25,340 nt of DNA. Source: Saprolegnia diclina VS20 (Eukaryota). The stretch spans positions 143,760-169,099 of the forward strand of contig NW_008246145.1 in the NCBI RefSeq assembly GCF_000281045.1. The letters are read 5' to 3'. How positions within the stretch are numbered: the first letter of the stretch is position 1; the number at the start of each line of letters is the position of its first letter. The notes below the pieces were generated by a model that was not told the DNA's origin, did no database searches, and saw nothing but the letters and a program-made list of their open reading frames with translations. Position numbers and translations under genes: made by a program. Below are positions 10,610 through 20,492 of this stretch, in pieces.

Positions 10610-10894
10610 ATGCAGCACGGCAACTCCAACAACAAAACGAGTCATCTCACGGCGCTCAGCACGGCAATGTGCCTCGTTGGCCTCACTGGCCTCGTCGTCT
10701 CGGGTTATCTGGTTATTATTTGCACCGGCAAGTACCTCGCAGCACTTGGCAAGGGCCGCAATATCAACGACAGCGCGTCAGAGCTCATCCTTTTATTTGG
10801 CTTGGGCGTGGCCAGCGGCCTCGGCATCGTCCTACTCATTCTCGGCGCGTGGTGGAACCCGCTCGTACCGTGCTCTCAATCAAACCGCCAATAA
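10610..10894 (+). CDS. Small two-TM membrane protein, 94 aa, probable paralog of 9775-10116
   Basis: ATG at 10610: MQHGNSNNKTSHLTALSTAMCLVGLTGLVVSGYLVII...LILLFGLGVASGLGIVLLILGAWWNPLVPCSQSNRQ. Shares MxLxGL and WWxxLVP motifs with its neighbour. Confidence 0.65.
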   Translation: MQHGNSNNKTSHLTALSTAMCLVGLTGLVVSGYLVIICTGKYLAALGKGRNINDSASELILLFGLGVASGLGIVLLILGAWWNPLVPCSQSNRQ

Positions 10895-11926
10895 GTTGCG
10901 GAATCGTAATGATTTTTCGACATTTTTGTTTCCTTTCGAGCTATCAAGGTCCAACAAACTTTGTCAATCGCGACAATGCGATGACACTTGTCGAGAAACA
11001 AAGAGAAAAACCGATCGCAAACCAGTGCAAATAAGAGGAGATCATAGAGGCATTGCGTTGATTTATTCGATTTTGGACGAGGTCGAAAAGCCGAAATGTC
11101 GTATCCGGATAATATCCGGATATTCGCGCCACTCACCCCATGCTCGCCAGAACTCGAGCATTTAGGAAAGCCCAAGGGCACGCGGCCGCCTCGTTGAGAC
11201 GATGTATTGGACCTCGTATAGCTCTGCAAGTAGGTCCGTCGTATAGATCTCAAGTAGCATTATCTGGCGCGACATCGTTGAGAAACGAGCGGTCTTGGTG
11301 AACCAAAAATCCACTTCCTACTACACTGCAAACGTAGCGCAATTGCACAGCCACGAGCACTACGTCTGCTTCCGACTATCGAAACCAAAAGGGTCGTGTC
11401 GACCAAGGCATCGGTGTCTATCGATTGGTGCAGTGACAACTCATACCTTGGGTGACGAGCGATCCGGTTGCCCGGATTTAATCGCGACCAATATCCATGT
11501 GAATTTGTTAGAAAAAAGTAAGACGTCAGTTCTTTCATGGGTGCCACGTCGACGTCGGCATCGTGTACACTCTGGGCCACTCGGAGCTGGGTAAGCGTGT
11601 CAGAGGGGTTTCTTGCGCGAGGCGTATGCAGAGCGCAAGGCCGAATATAGTATGGTCGCGCCTCGAGCTGCAAGGAGCAAGGAGGGCATTCTTTGGCCAG
11701 GAACGCTTGCATCGTGTGGGTCTTCTAGCTCTTCGTGGTGCCACCAACATTGTAGATGATCCAACGTCCGACGTCGCCGTGCGTACTAGCATGGACGTTG
11801 TGGGTGTGTACCATCTGGTGTCGCCACAATCTCAGTCTATTGAATCCACTGGTACAACCCAGCACGGCGACCCTTCCGACACCACTCGATGGTAGCTCGT
11901 TGCAAGCTCCACCTGCTCGTCCATTT

Positions 11927-11941
11927 GTCATTTGTCATTTC
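11927..11941 (+). promoter_or_regulatory. Putative oomycete INR/FPR core promoter
   Basis: GTCATTTGTCATTTC matches TCATTYBNCAWTTY and lies 20 nt upstream of the ATG at 11961. Confidence 0.55.
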
Positions 11942-11960
11942 GCTGCACGCCACCACCACC

Positions 11961-12626
11961 ATGTCCACCAACGACACCACCACCACCACGACGGCCTTGC
12001 CCAAGCTCCGCCCGATTCGAGATGCCGTTCCCGACATGGAGGCGCTCCAAGTGGCGGCGCAGACCAAGGACCGCCACGCGACGTGTCGCCACGTCATTCT
12101 GCTGATTGTACTGGCATTCATTGGCACGTTTGTCGGTCTCGCGCTCTACAACAACAGCGCTGCGAGCACGCGCTACCACGCTCCCTCTTTTGCGTACAAC
12201 GCAACGCAGTGCAAGGCGTGCGGGGCTGAAACGACCAAGAACGGCAGCGTCATCACTGTCGATGCGCCGCGCTGCCCCCCGTCGTTTTTCCCAGAGGTGG
12301 CGTATGCAATGCAGTACTGCCCTGTGGCAGTCGGCGCTCCCTACTGCTGCTGCCCGACCATCGCGCATGACCGCGTCGGGTTTGTCGGGTCGTGCCCGTC
12401 GCGCCGTGCGACCACGTGCGACTGTCAGTTTGACCGGACGTCGGAGGGCGATGCAGCGTCGTACCGAGCACTGTACAACTATGCAATCAGCTTTGGCGTG
12501 ATCTGCTTGATCTTGCTCTCGGCGTGGTGCTGCCTCCTTCCGTGCTTTCACCGGGCCATGGACAAGCGCGAGAAGCTTGCGCCGACAGCAAAGGACGCGG
12601 CGGTCGTCGCGTCAAGCGCAGTGTAG
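11961..12626 (+). CDS. Two-TM protein with a 10-cysteine extracellular loop, 221 aa, unknown function
   Basis: ATG at 11961. TM1 VILLIVLAFIGTFVGLALY; loop C-x2-C-x17-C-x14-C-x8-CCC-x13-C-x7-C-x-C with N-glycosylation sequons; TM2 YAISFGVICLILLSAWCCLL. Strong codon bias and a paralog at 13878. Confidence 0.85.
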   Translation: MSTNDTTTTTTALPKLRPIRDAVPDMEALQVAAQTKDRHATCRHVILLIVLAFIGTFVGLALYNNSAASTRYHAPSFAYNATQCKACGAETTKNGSVITVDAPRCPPSFFPEVAYAMQYCPVAVGAPYCCCPTIAHDRVGFVGSCPSRRATTCDCQFDRTSEGDAASYRALYNYAISFGVICLILLSAWCCLLPCFHRAMDKREKLAPTAKDAAVVASSAV

Positions 12627-13631
12627 TAAATAGAAACAATCAATAGAGGTAGTAGAGTGTCGAATACCTTGTTTCAGGGCTACGGGTGGTGGTGTGGCCA
12701 CGTCAAACTCGTCGCGAGCCAAGGCAAGGCACGTCGGAACCGGTAGAGTCCGACGCAGGCGCAAGAAGCAGAGACTTGTGTCGTATGGAACAAAATGTAA
12801 AATGTATTCTGTAAACATGTACTAGTAGTACACTGGATAATTCAAGGTGCAACTACGATTGCTGCACGCTATCCTAACGTTGCCGTGGCGCGACTAGAAC
12901 TGAGAATCACAACAACGCAATCGTGCCGACAAAAGGAATCACCAAAGTTGATACAGGTGCGAGTTGTACTAAGCCACATTGCATGCGCGCGTCCACACAT
13001 ACACGACCGCTGACCACGGAGACCACCTTGGAGCGTGCCACGTCATGGATGAGTTTTAACCAATAAGACACCAACTATTTTTGCCGGAAGAGAATGCCGG
13101 TGGGATGAGCATTCGAACGACCGTGGGCAATGCAGAGAGCACCCCTTGTTACGAGCATTTCTAACAATACTCTGTGTGGTCCATTCAAGCAAGGGTTAAT
13201 TCTGGTAGGAACGTTTTTGGTGCACCAGTATCCCAGGGGATGAATTCGTATTTTCTGGATAACTCATTGGCTATATATCAAGCCATTTGGCCAATGAAAC
13301 GCAACGTCTAAGCCAATCGCAGCGCGCGAAACGTGTCCAGTGAAGTGCGATTTTGGGGTCCCCATGAAGTGCTATCTATCGTCCGGACGTTTTACTTGAT
13401 TAATTTTCCGCATAAAAAGTTGGGCCAAGCCACGGAACTTTCATATTTGACTTCCATGATGGGGTCAAATATGTCGGATGCTTCTAGAGAACGCGACATC
13501 AGCAAGTGCTGTCATTCCGGTTGATGATCGCATTCCACCAGGATGGGCGGCTGTACGGTACAAGAGGAGTTGCAAGTCGTTGTATGATTTGCCTGCTGAT
13601 TGCCAATACGATCCAACTGCTCAACGTACGA

Positions 13632-13696
13632 GGTCGACGACACGCGTTGGCTCTTCGATCGGTCGACGACGACACGCGTTCTTGTTGGCTCTTCGC
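13632..13696 (+). repeat. Imperfect local tandem duplication (~30 bp)
   Basis: GGTCGACGACACGCGTTGGCTCTTCG followed by GGTCGACGACGACACGCGTTCTTGTTGGCTCTTCG. Confidence 0.7.
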
Positions 13697-13877
13697 TCGC
13701 TCGTAGAAAATTGCAAATTTTGGCAACCGAAAGAATCCTGGCACGAGCCAGCGGGCATATGAATCGGTGCAGTGCAATTTGACCGATCCCGCACACAAAA
13801 ATTCCGGGACCTCGGAGTCATTGTCCAACGTGCGCGGTCCGACCCACTACGCACCAGCACTGTGCTCGCTCGCTAGC

Positions 13878-14426
13878 ATGACAACAGAGACCGAACAGCA
13901 CCACGCACCGCATGCCAAGTGCCGCGACCGCCTCCGCACGCTCTGTATCTTAGCCCTCTTTGGCCTCACCGCGGTGCTCGCCATCACGCTCTTTGATGCG
14001 TCGTCGCACGCCGAGCCGTACACGGCGCCGCCAGCAATGTTCAATGCCAGCGCCTGCAGCGCCTGTGCGACCGACGCGGACTTTTGCTCCAAAAAGTACT
14101 TTGCCGGCGCCACTTCCAAAATGCAAGCGTGTCCGACGCCGACGACGGCCGACCCTTGCTGCTGTCCGACCAGCGCCCGGCGCAGCGACGGCACCAAGTT
14201 TGCCGGCGCATGTTGGCCAACGAGTTTGGACGCGACTTGTCTCTGCAGCTTTACGCCGGCCGAGAGTACCAACCACGGGACGTTCAACAGCTCGGTCGTT
14301 CGCTACGTAGTCGTCGCAGCCATGGCCGCGCTCGTTCTCATGATATGCGTCCTTGCATGCGTGGACCGCAGAACGACCAAGCGCCCGCCCGCTGCCGACG
14401 TCAACGCCGAAGCTGCCGCCGTGTAG
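13878..14426 (+). CDS. Two-TM protein with a 10-cysteine extracellular loop, 182 aa, paralog of 11961-12626
   Basis: ATG at 13878. TM1 LCILALFGLTAVLAITLF; loop C-x2-C-x6-C-x14-C-x8-CCC-x15-C-x8-C-x-C; TM2 YVVVAAMAALVLMICVLACV. Confidence 0.85.
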   Translation: MTTETEQHHAPHAKCRDRLRTLCILALFGLTAVLAITLFDASSHAEPYTAPPAMFNASACSACATDADFCSKKYFAGATSKMQACPTPTTADPCCCPTSARRSDGTKFAGACWPTSLDATCLCSFTPAESTNHGTFNSSVVRYVVVAAMAALVLMICVLACVDRRTTKRPPAADVNAEAAAV

Positions 14427-14660
14427 CTCATGTGCTTTCGTACTAGTAGGAGCTCGACAAATGCAATTATCTACATTTCTATCCATCGACCGATTCGAGG
14501 CAGCCTCAAAGGTATGACGATAGAACCTTGGGTGGTAAGCTTGCCGTGGACCGACGGTTATAGAAGACAGTCTGTCGCCAGCTGCAAAGACATTTCGTTT
14601 GGTCTAATATACCGCGTGGACAGAACGAGCCAATATCACGACCAGGCAGTAGAGACTATA

Positions 14661-16096
14661 TTAAATCGCACCCAAGTCCTTCATCTCGGCGAGAAACGCG
14701 TTGAGCTCACTGGTTGCAGGAGGCGCGGCCGGAGTCGGGAGCGGCACAGGTGCGAACGAGAGACCTGTTGTCGTTGGCGGTGGCGGCGGCGGCCGCGCGC
14801 CACTCGGGGGCTTGGGCTTGGTGACTCGTTGGACACGAAGCGCAGCTGGCACCAGCGATCGTACACGGAGCTCGTCCTCGTCGTCCTCGTTGTAGCGCAT
14901 CGCTATGTCATATGAGCATACCGCTATGGGCGCGCGTCCTTGCTGTACCTGGTGCGGGCGGCGGCGGCGGTGGGCGCTGCGGCGGCGCTAGCACAAACAC
15001 GATAAGGCCAGACCTGTACTGCAGCTCCCGTACCCGGTGCAGCCATTGGCGGGGCGGCCACAGGCGGCGGAGGAATGATGTCAAACGAGCCCGGGGTTGG
15101 AAGTGGCGGCGGTGGCGGTGGCGGCAGGATGCCCACCGGCGGGTGGGGCGGCATCATCACTGGTGCGACCATCTAATATGTCGCAACGTTATTAGCCCGC
15201 AAGCGAGGCGACAGGAGGGTACCGGTGGGGGGGCCATGCCCGCCGACGGCGGAGGCGGCGGGGGACGAAAGGGTGGGGGGCCCTTCGGGAGCGGCGGGCG
15301 GTTCTTGATCTTCATGCGCGGGCGCGGTGCCAGTGGCAGCGACGGCTATGTCGAGCGCCATGAGGTTCGATCCACGGACACGCTCGTACCTGTCCAGCAA
15401 TGTTGTTGCGCATGGCCGCATCTACCGTCAGAAAGAGGGCATCCGCATGAGGAACGCTGACGAGAACGACGTACTTGTGAACGGGTGGTTGCCACTGCCG
15501 CTGTAACCTGGCGGCGCGACGCCGTACGGATTAAAGATCGGGTGGTAGTGGATCGACTGCTCGGGGTTCTTGTAGAGCTCCTTGTTTCTCGCATCGAGCT
15601 CCTTCTTGGACTACTCAGCATGCATCATGCCAACTACCACAGTGCTCTTGGCCTACCTTGGGCAGCGCTGCTTCGCGCGCCTTGGCCTCGGCTTCGAGCT
15701 ACATGGCTTTGCGTATGAGGATCGTCGATCGTCAAGAGAGCTGGGCGCGTACATCCGCCTTTTTCTTCTTGGCTTGCCGGATCGTCTCTTCTAGCTACGC
15801 GCGCCATGAGAGGTGCATGCCAAATGTATTGTGTACTTCTTGCTTGCGCTTACGCCCGGCGCCATCGAGGCGATCGTTCTCTTCGTCGCGCTCGAGCTTG
15901 CGGAGCTAGCACGCGTTGGGTTGTGGCATGGCATGGCATGTGGCCGTACCTTCTCTGTGAGCGCGCCAATGTCGACGTTGTCGCCCGTCGTCTGCTTGAC
16001 GTGCTCGCGCCGGTCCTTGACCGCCTTCTTCTCCTTCTTCTTCTGCTCCTTCCGGTACGCATCCAGCGGCGCCGCTGAGAGCTTGTCCTTCGCCAT
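14661..16096 (-). CDS. WBP11: WW domain-binding protein 11-like proline-rich splicing factor, 336 aa. 10 exons: 16096-15950, 15905-15837, 15794-15753, 15698-15657, 15610-15475, 15421-15390, 15345-15223, 15172-15034, 14987-14949, 14902-14661
   Basis: Nine GT...TAG introns of 42-54 nt, all phase-compatible (1011 nt CDS). N-terminus PLDAYRKEQKKKEKKAVKDRR...RKRKQELEETI, the motif NPEQSIHYHPIFNPYGVAPPG, poly-Pro tracts, SLVPAALRVQR and the C-terminus FLAEMKDLGAI are typical of WBP11 homologs. Confidence 0.88.
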
Positions 16097-16655
16097 CGCT
16101 CGGTGCAATATCTGGGGTCATCGATGATTGGCCAAAATGCGACCGAGTGTCATAAAAAACGAATATTAAAATAATCGTAGAATGTTGCATACAAATATTC
16201 AGATAATATTGCTGGCATGTATTTTAATGTCTGGCATTTGGATTTAAATTGACCGCCACAGTCTCTCGCAAGCGCGCATTAGCAAGGGCAATCAACAGGT
16301 TATGGACCCTTGGCATTCGTTAGTAGGAGCTCTCGTCGAGATAGTACATTTGTGACTTTAGTTCGACTACACACTCGACGAACGATTAAGCCGCCGTTTT
16401 TCTACAGGCAAAGTTTTGGCGGCGGCAATGAGCCCATGTATAGATTGATTGCATCGGACTAGTGCGTGCTCAAGATCTCCGCCAGCCGCACAGTCTTCCA
16501 TGTCCTATACATACGCACCTCTCGACGTGGAGGCCCCAACAGCGAACGAGTGCGAGCGAGATTACCCGATAACGCATCGTGGTAACCCTAGTCCTACCCT
16601 AACCATATGTCCCGACGGCGTCCACAAAAATAGCGCGTATTAGTACACGACACAA

Positions 16656-17896
16656 TTAGCGCGTCGTACGCGGTAAGCCTAGGAACGCTTGGATGCGATT
16701 GGCCAAGTCGGCGGCCGTTGGACGGTCACTCGGCTCGGTCGCCATGCACATCATCGCCCACTCGCGATACCACGCTGGCGCGTTGGTTGCAAACGACGGG
16801 CGTAAACCCGACGACGTGATTTGTTGGAGGATCTTGACTTCGCTGAGCGGCTTGCCGTGGTCGTCCAACATGTCGCTGTACGGGCGCTTGTACATGGACA
16901 TTTCCGCGAGGAGGACGCCGAGCGAGTAGACGTCGGCGGGCGCCGAGTAGCGCGACTCCATGAGCACTTCGGGCGCGAGCCAGCGAAAGGTGCCAATGCC
17001 CTGCGTCATGGTCGCCGCGTTCTCACGCATGGCTTTGGCCGACGCAAAGTCGGTGATCTTGGCGCCTTTCTTGCCGTCGACAAGGACGTTCTTGGACTTG
17101 AGGTCGCGATGGACGATCGGGATCGCGTGGATGTAGGCGAGCGCATTGGCAATGTGAAGCGCAACCCGCGCCTTGAGGCGGTACGGAAAGCTCGCGTCGT
17201 TCGAGTTGCTGCAGTAGTCTTGGAGGTTGCCTTGGTCCATGTACTCCATGACGCACTGCAAGCGCAAGGCGGCCGGTGGTGCTTGCCACACGACGCCAAC
17301 CAGCGACACGATGCGCGGATGGTCAAATCTAGTAACTAGCTCCTTTCGACTCAAAAGACAATAGTGTACATACCTCGACATGGTCACAATTTCGTCCACA
17401 AAATGCTGGACATCGGTCGCATTCGCTTGGCCGTCGTAGAGCTGCTTGATCGCGACCGTACTATGGCGGTACTCGCCCAGGTAGACTTCGCCCGTCGAGC
17501 CGCTTGCGAGCACGTGCCAGCACTCGACGTCTTTGGTGGAAATGCGGAATGGAAGGAGCGGTCCGAGGTCGCACTCGCTGTTGCGGACGTACAAGGTCGA
17601 CGGCGCCGTGTCCAAGGCGTCGCACGCGGGCAGCGACTCCTCCTTGTACATCGAGTAGTCGTCGCGCGCTGTCAGCACCGCCGTCGACGACTGCTTGGAC
17701 GGCCGATGGCAGCAAAAGTACCACGAGAGCACGATGAGCACGACTGCGCACCCGACGCCGATGCCAATGGCCATGTAGATGCCTACAGAAGATGCGTGAG
17801 CCGGCACGGCATACAGTGCGACGCACCGTTGGAGCTGCCGCTCGGCGCCGCGCCATCGCGGAGCGAGACGTAGCTCGTCGTCGTGTTGGTTGGCAT
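16656..17896 (-). CDS. Single-pass transmembrane TKL-family protein kinase, ~383 aa. Exons 17896-17827, 17782-17374, 17328-16656 (start uncertain)
   Basis: Kinase motifs LASGSTGEVY, VAIK, FVDEI, HRDLKSKN, DFA, GIGTFRWLAPE, DVYSLG and RPTA, preceded by TM IYMAIGIGVGCAVVLIVLSWYF. Introns 17826-17783 (44 nt) and 17373-17329 (45 nt, in frame; removal restores MSRFDHPRIV). Confidence 0.9.
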
Positions 17897-18483
17897 GTCG
17901 GCCACTGGGCCATTACAATCGGGCCGTCACGGCGCTGGGATAAAGGCGCGTACGCGTGGGACAAAGAGCCGGTCTCGTCGCCCGATTGCAGTGGCGCGAC
18001 CGCGGTCACGTCCCGGGCAGCGCGAGATACTCGACGTGCGAGCGCAGACGAGATGCACCGCGTCTCCTGCAAGCCGCAGCAGTCGTCGCCGTTGCAGTTG
18101 GCAGTCGTCGCAAAGTGAGGAACGAGCTCGAACTCTGGTTTGGATACAGTGTATGTAGCAAACAGTGGATGCGCAAGTGCAATGTCAAGCCGCCTTTTTC
18201 AACGCGGAACAGAAATGCAACTCGCAGTGAGTCCGTGCACACGCACACGATGCGTGTCGTCGTAGTATAGCCATGGCGCTAGGGTACGTACTGCGTCAGC
18301 GCGTTCGACTTAGAGTAGCCGCGGGCGTGTGTCATGCCTCTATCTGATCCGGTCGAGTCCCAGCGCAGCAGCACCGGGGAGCAGCGTGCAAGAACTGGCA
18401 GCAATAAGAATCCTATTGCAGCGACAAGGACGAGATACAAGCGTCGCAACGTGCTGCACGACCGGATCAACTCGGCAGCGAGT

Positions 18484-19316
18484 TCATTCGATTCTCCGAG
18501 GACGCCTCCTGGACGCTTCGTCGTGTTGGTGTTGGTCCTCTGTAAACCGACGCCAAAAAAAATTATATCGTTGGGGTGGTCCAGGAGAGTCGAGGAAGGT
18601 TATATTGACCCTGGATAAGCGGTTGAGCACCGTGATCATTAGACATGTATTCCAGCCTGCGCTACTCATAAAGCACATCCACAACGGTCCAGCCGTATCG
18701 CCGCCGTCCGTCGACTTTGCCTCAAGAGTCCACCACCGTGCAGTGAAAAGCAAGCGATATGTACAATTTCCTTTGCAAGAGCATTCACAACACCAACGAG
18801 CAGTAGCTACACTACGAGCAGTGTGTGGTCGCAGACGCGGTCGACAACGTATACATGTCTAGTCTTTCCTCATAGTAGCCTTTTGTACAGTGCAACCGCG
18901 TTGAATCACCTTGTTGGTTGGCGTCAAGGGAAAGTGGAACATCCTAAGTTAGTGGCGTTGGCGCCTCATGGGAGCACTCGAGTCCGAGTCGAGGACGATG
19001 CTTTCAGCAGGAGCTTGTGCTAGCCAGATAAATACTTGATGTGTCTCGGAAACCTAGAGTGTACATAAGGCAACTGTTCATCCGTGCCAAAGGATCTCAA
19101 CCAAGCGTCCTTGTAGTACAGTGTAATGCGCCACGCGTTCAATGGCGCCATCGATCTGTCGGCCATACAAGGTGAAGTCAGGGAAATGGAGGCGCTCCTT
19201 CGCCCAGCCCTCAGTCCACCCTCATTTTCGTGCACTTGCCTGCAGTCTGCCTCCGTAGCGCCACGTATGTATCTATGTCGCAACAACCGGGTAACCAACG
19301 GCCTTGGCGAGTCCAT
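18484..19316 (-). CDS. Tentative multi-exon hypothetical protein, ~216 aa. Exons 19316-19236, 19197-19102, 19053-18997, 18943-18855, 18811-18484
   Basis: Three consecutive GT...TAG introns of 48, 53 (with a CTAAC branch site) and 43 nt join fragments into one frame: ERLHFPDFTLYGRQIDGAIERVAHYTVLQGRL|VSETHQVFIWLAQAPAESI|DVPLSLDANQQGDSTRLHCTKGYYEERLDI|VATARWCC... The first intron and the 3' part are uncertain, and codon bias is weak. Confidence 0.4.
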
Positions 19317-20492
19317 GACAGCGGCGGCCAAAAATCTTGCACAGCAAGTAGCCAGTATCTGCCTCTTCCTCTTACACTGCGCTCTCCGACTGCCACGTTG
19401 CCAGCAACCTCTCCCACGTGGTTTCTCCGATATTTCACACGTGAAAAACGTGCACAAGATTTGCACGAAATGATTGGTTGGTGCCAGTGGGTTGGCGCGC
19501 CCGAATTGGTCGACAGCCGTGTCCCAAACAGCGGCTTCCAAGCCCCAGCCCCACACACGCTTGCGGCTTTGACCAACGCCACAAGATCCTTCAGGCCCAG
19601 AGTTTCTTCTCAAAGATCCAACAAGCTATTCGTTCACCACTTCTGATCAGTATTTGCTACTGGTCCAACACTTTGGCACGAGCGACCTTGGTGCTCCGTC
19701 ATTACAGAGTCCAGTGGCGTCTTGGGATTCATTGGAGCCTCGGCGCTTGAAATGTTGCGTGCGTGGCAACAGGTGCTATTCGGGTGTAGCACCCACAAGC
19801 ACCAGCTCGTGCTGTTATCACTGGTCCACGAGTACACAGACTACAGAAGCCCGGTGCTGCGTCGCTTGGCATGACTGCAAGTCGACCGCAATAATGGCCA
19901 CCGCGCCCAACCGCTCGTCCTCTTGTCGTCGATCTCGCGATCACCTGGTTGACATTTTCCACCTATTTCCCACATCCTTGCATTTCTCACGCATTCGAAA
20001 GAACGCATTGCATTAAAAACTATCGCGCCACCATACAAACATCAAGCTATAATAAGAATTGTTGATTAAAGATCCGCGCGACATTTCACATGCCGCAACT
20101 TCAAGAAGAGCATTCAATGCAACATTTAATTATACATACATATTCGCTGTCAACCATGTGCATTTTTATTCCCGACACAAACCTGGTGGTCGGTGTTTTT
20201 TAAAAAATCGGATGCTCCCATACAAACCGCTTGATAAAATAAAATATCTTTAAAACGGCGAGCGCGGCACTCGAAGCTCAAATTTCAATTTCGGCGCTCG
20301 AGCTCAAGCAGTCCTTTCTACTGCTTTTGTATCGACGACCGACTTTGCCCTTCGCCTCCTCGTTGTATGCCAGGCTTCCGCTGCGGTGGGAACTCGAACG
20401 GCGACTGCTACTGCGTGTACGACTACGGTTAGACGCACGACTCACTACCAAGACTACACCTCTCTCTCTCTTTTTTCCAACAACTGACAACC

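Noticed and set aside
11260..11800. Minus-strand RWIIYNVGGT, resembling the start of a KCTD-type BTB domain, followed by a stop and a 150-aa ORF
   Set aside because: No downstream BTB motif such as FIDRD, an in-frame TAG follows, and I could not build a consistent splice model. It may be a remnant but is unsupported.
14444..16332. TAGTAGGAGCTC direct repeat flanking the WBP11 gene, as a possible target-site duplication
   Set aside because: 12-bp matches are expected by chance in 25 kb, and the enclosed gene is a housekeeping gene with no transposon ends.
19397..19408. GTTGCCAGCAAC resembling an RFX X-box upstream of the cryptic gene
   Set aside because: A single short match, and RFX factors are not expected in stramenopiles.
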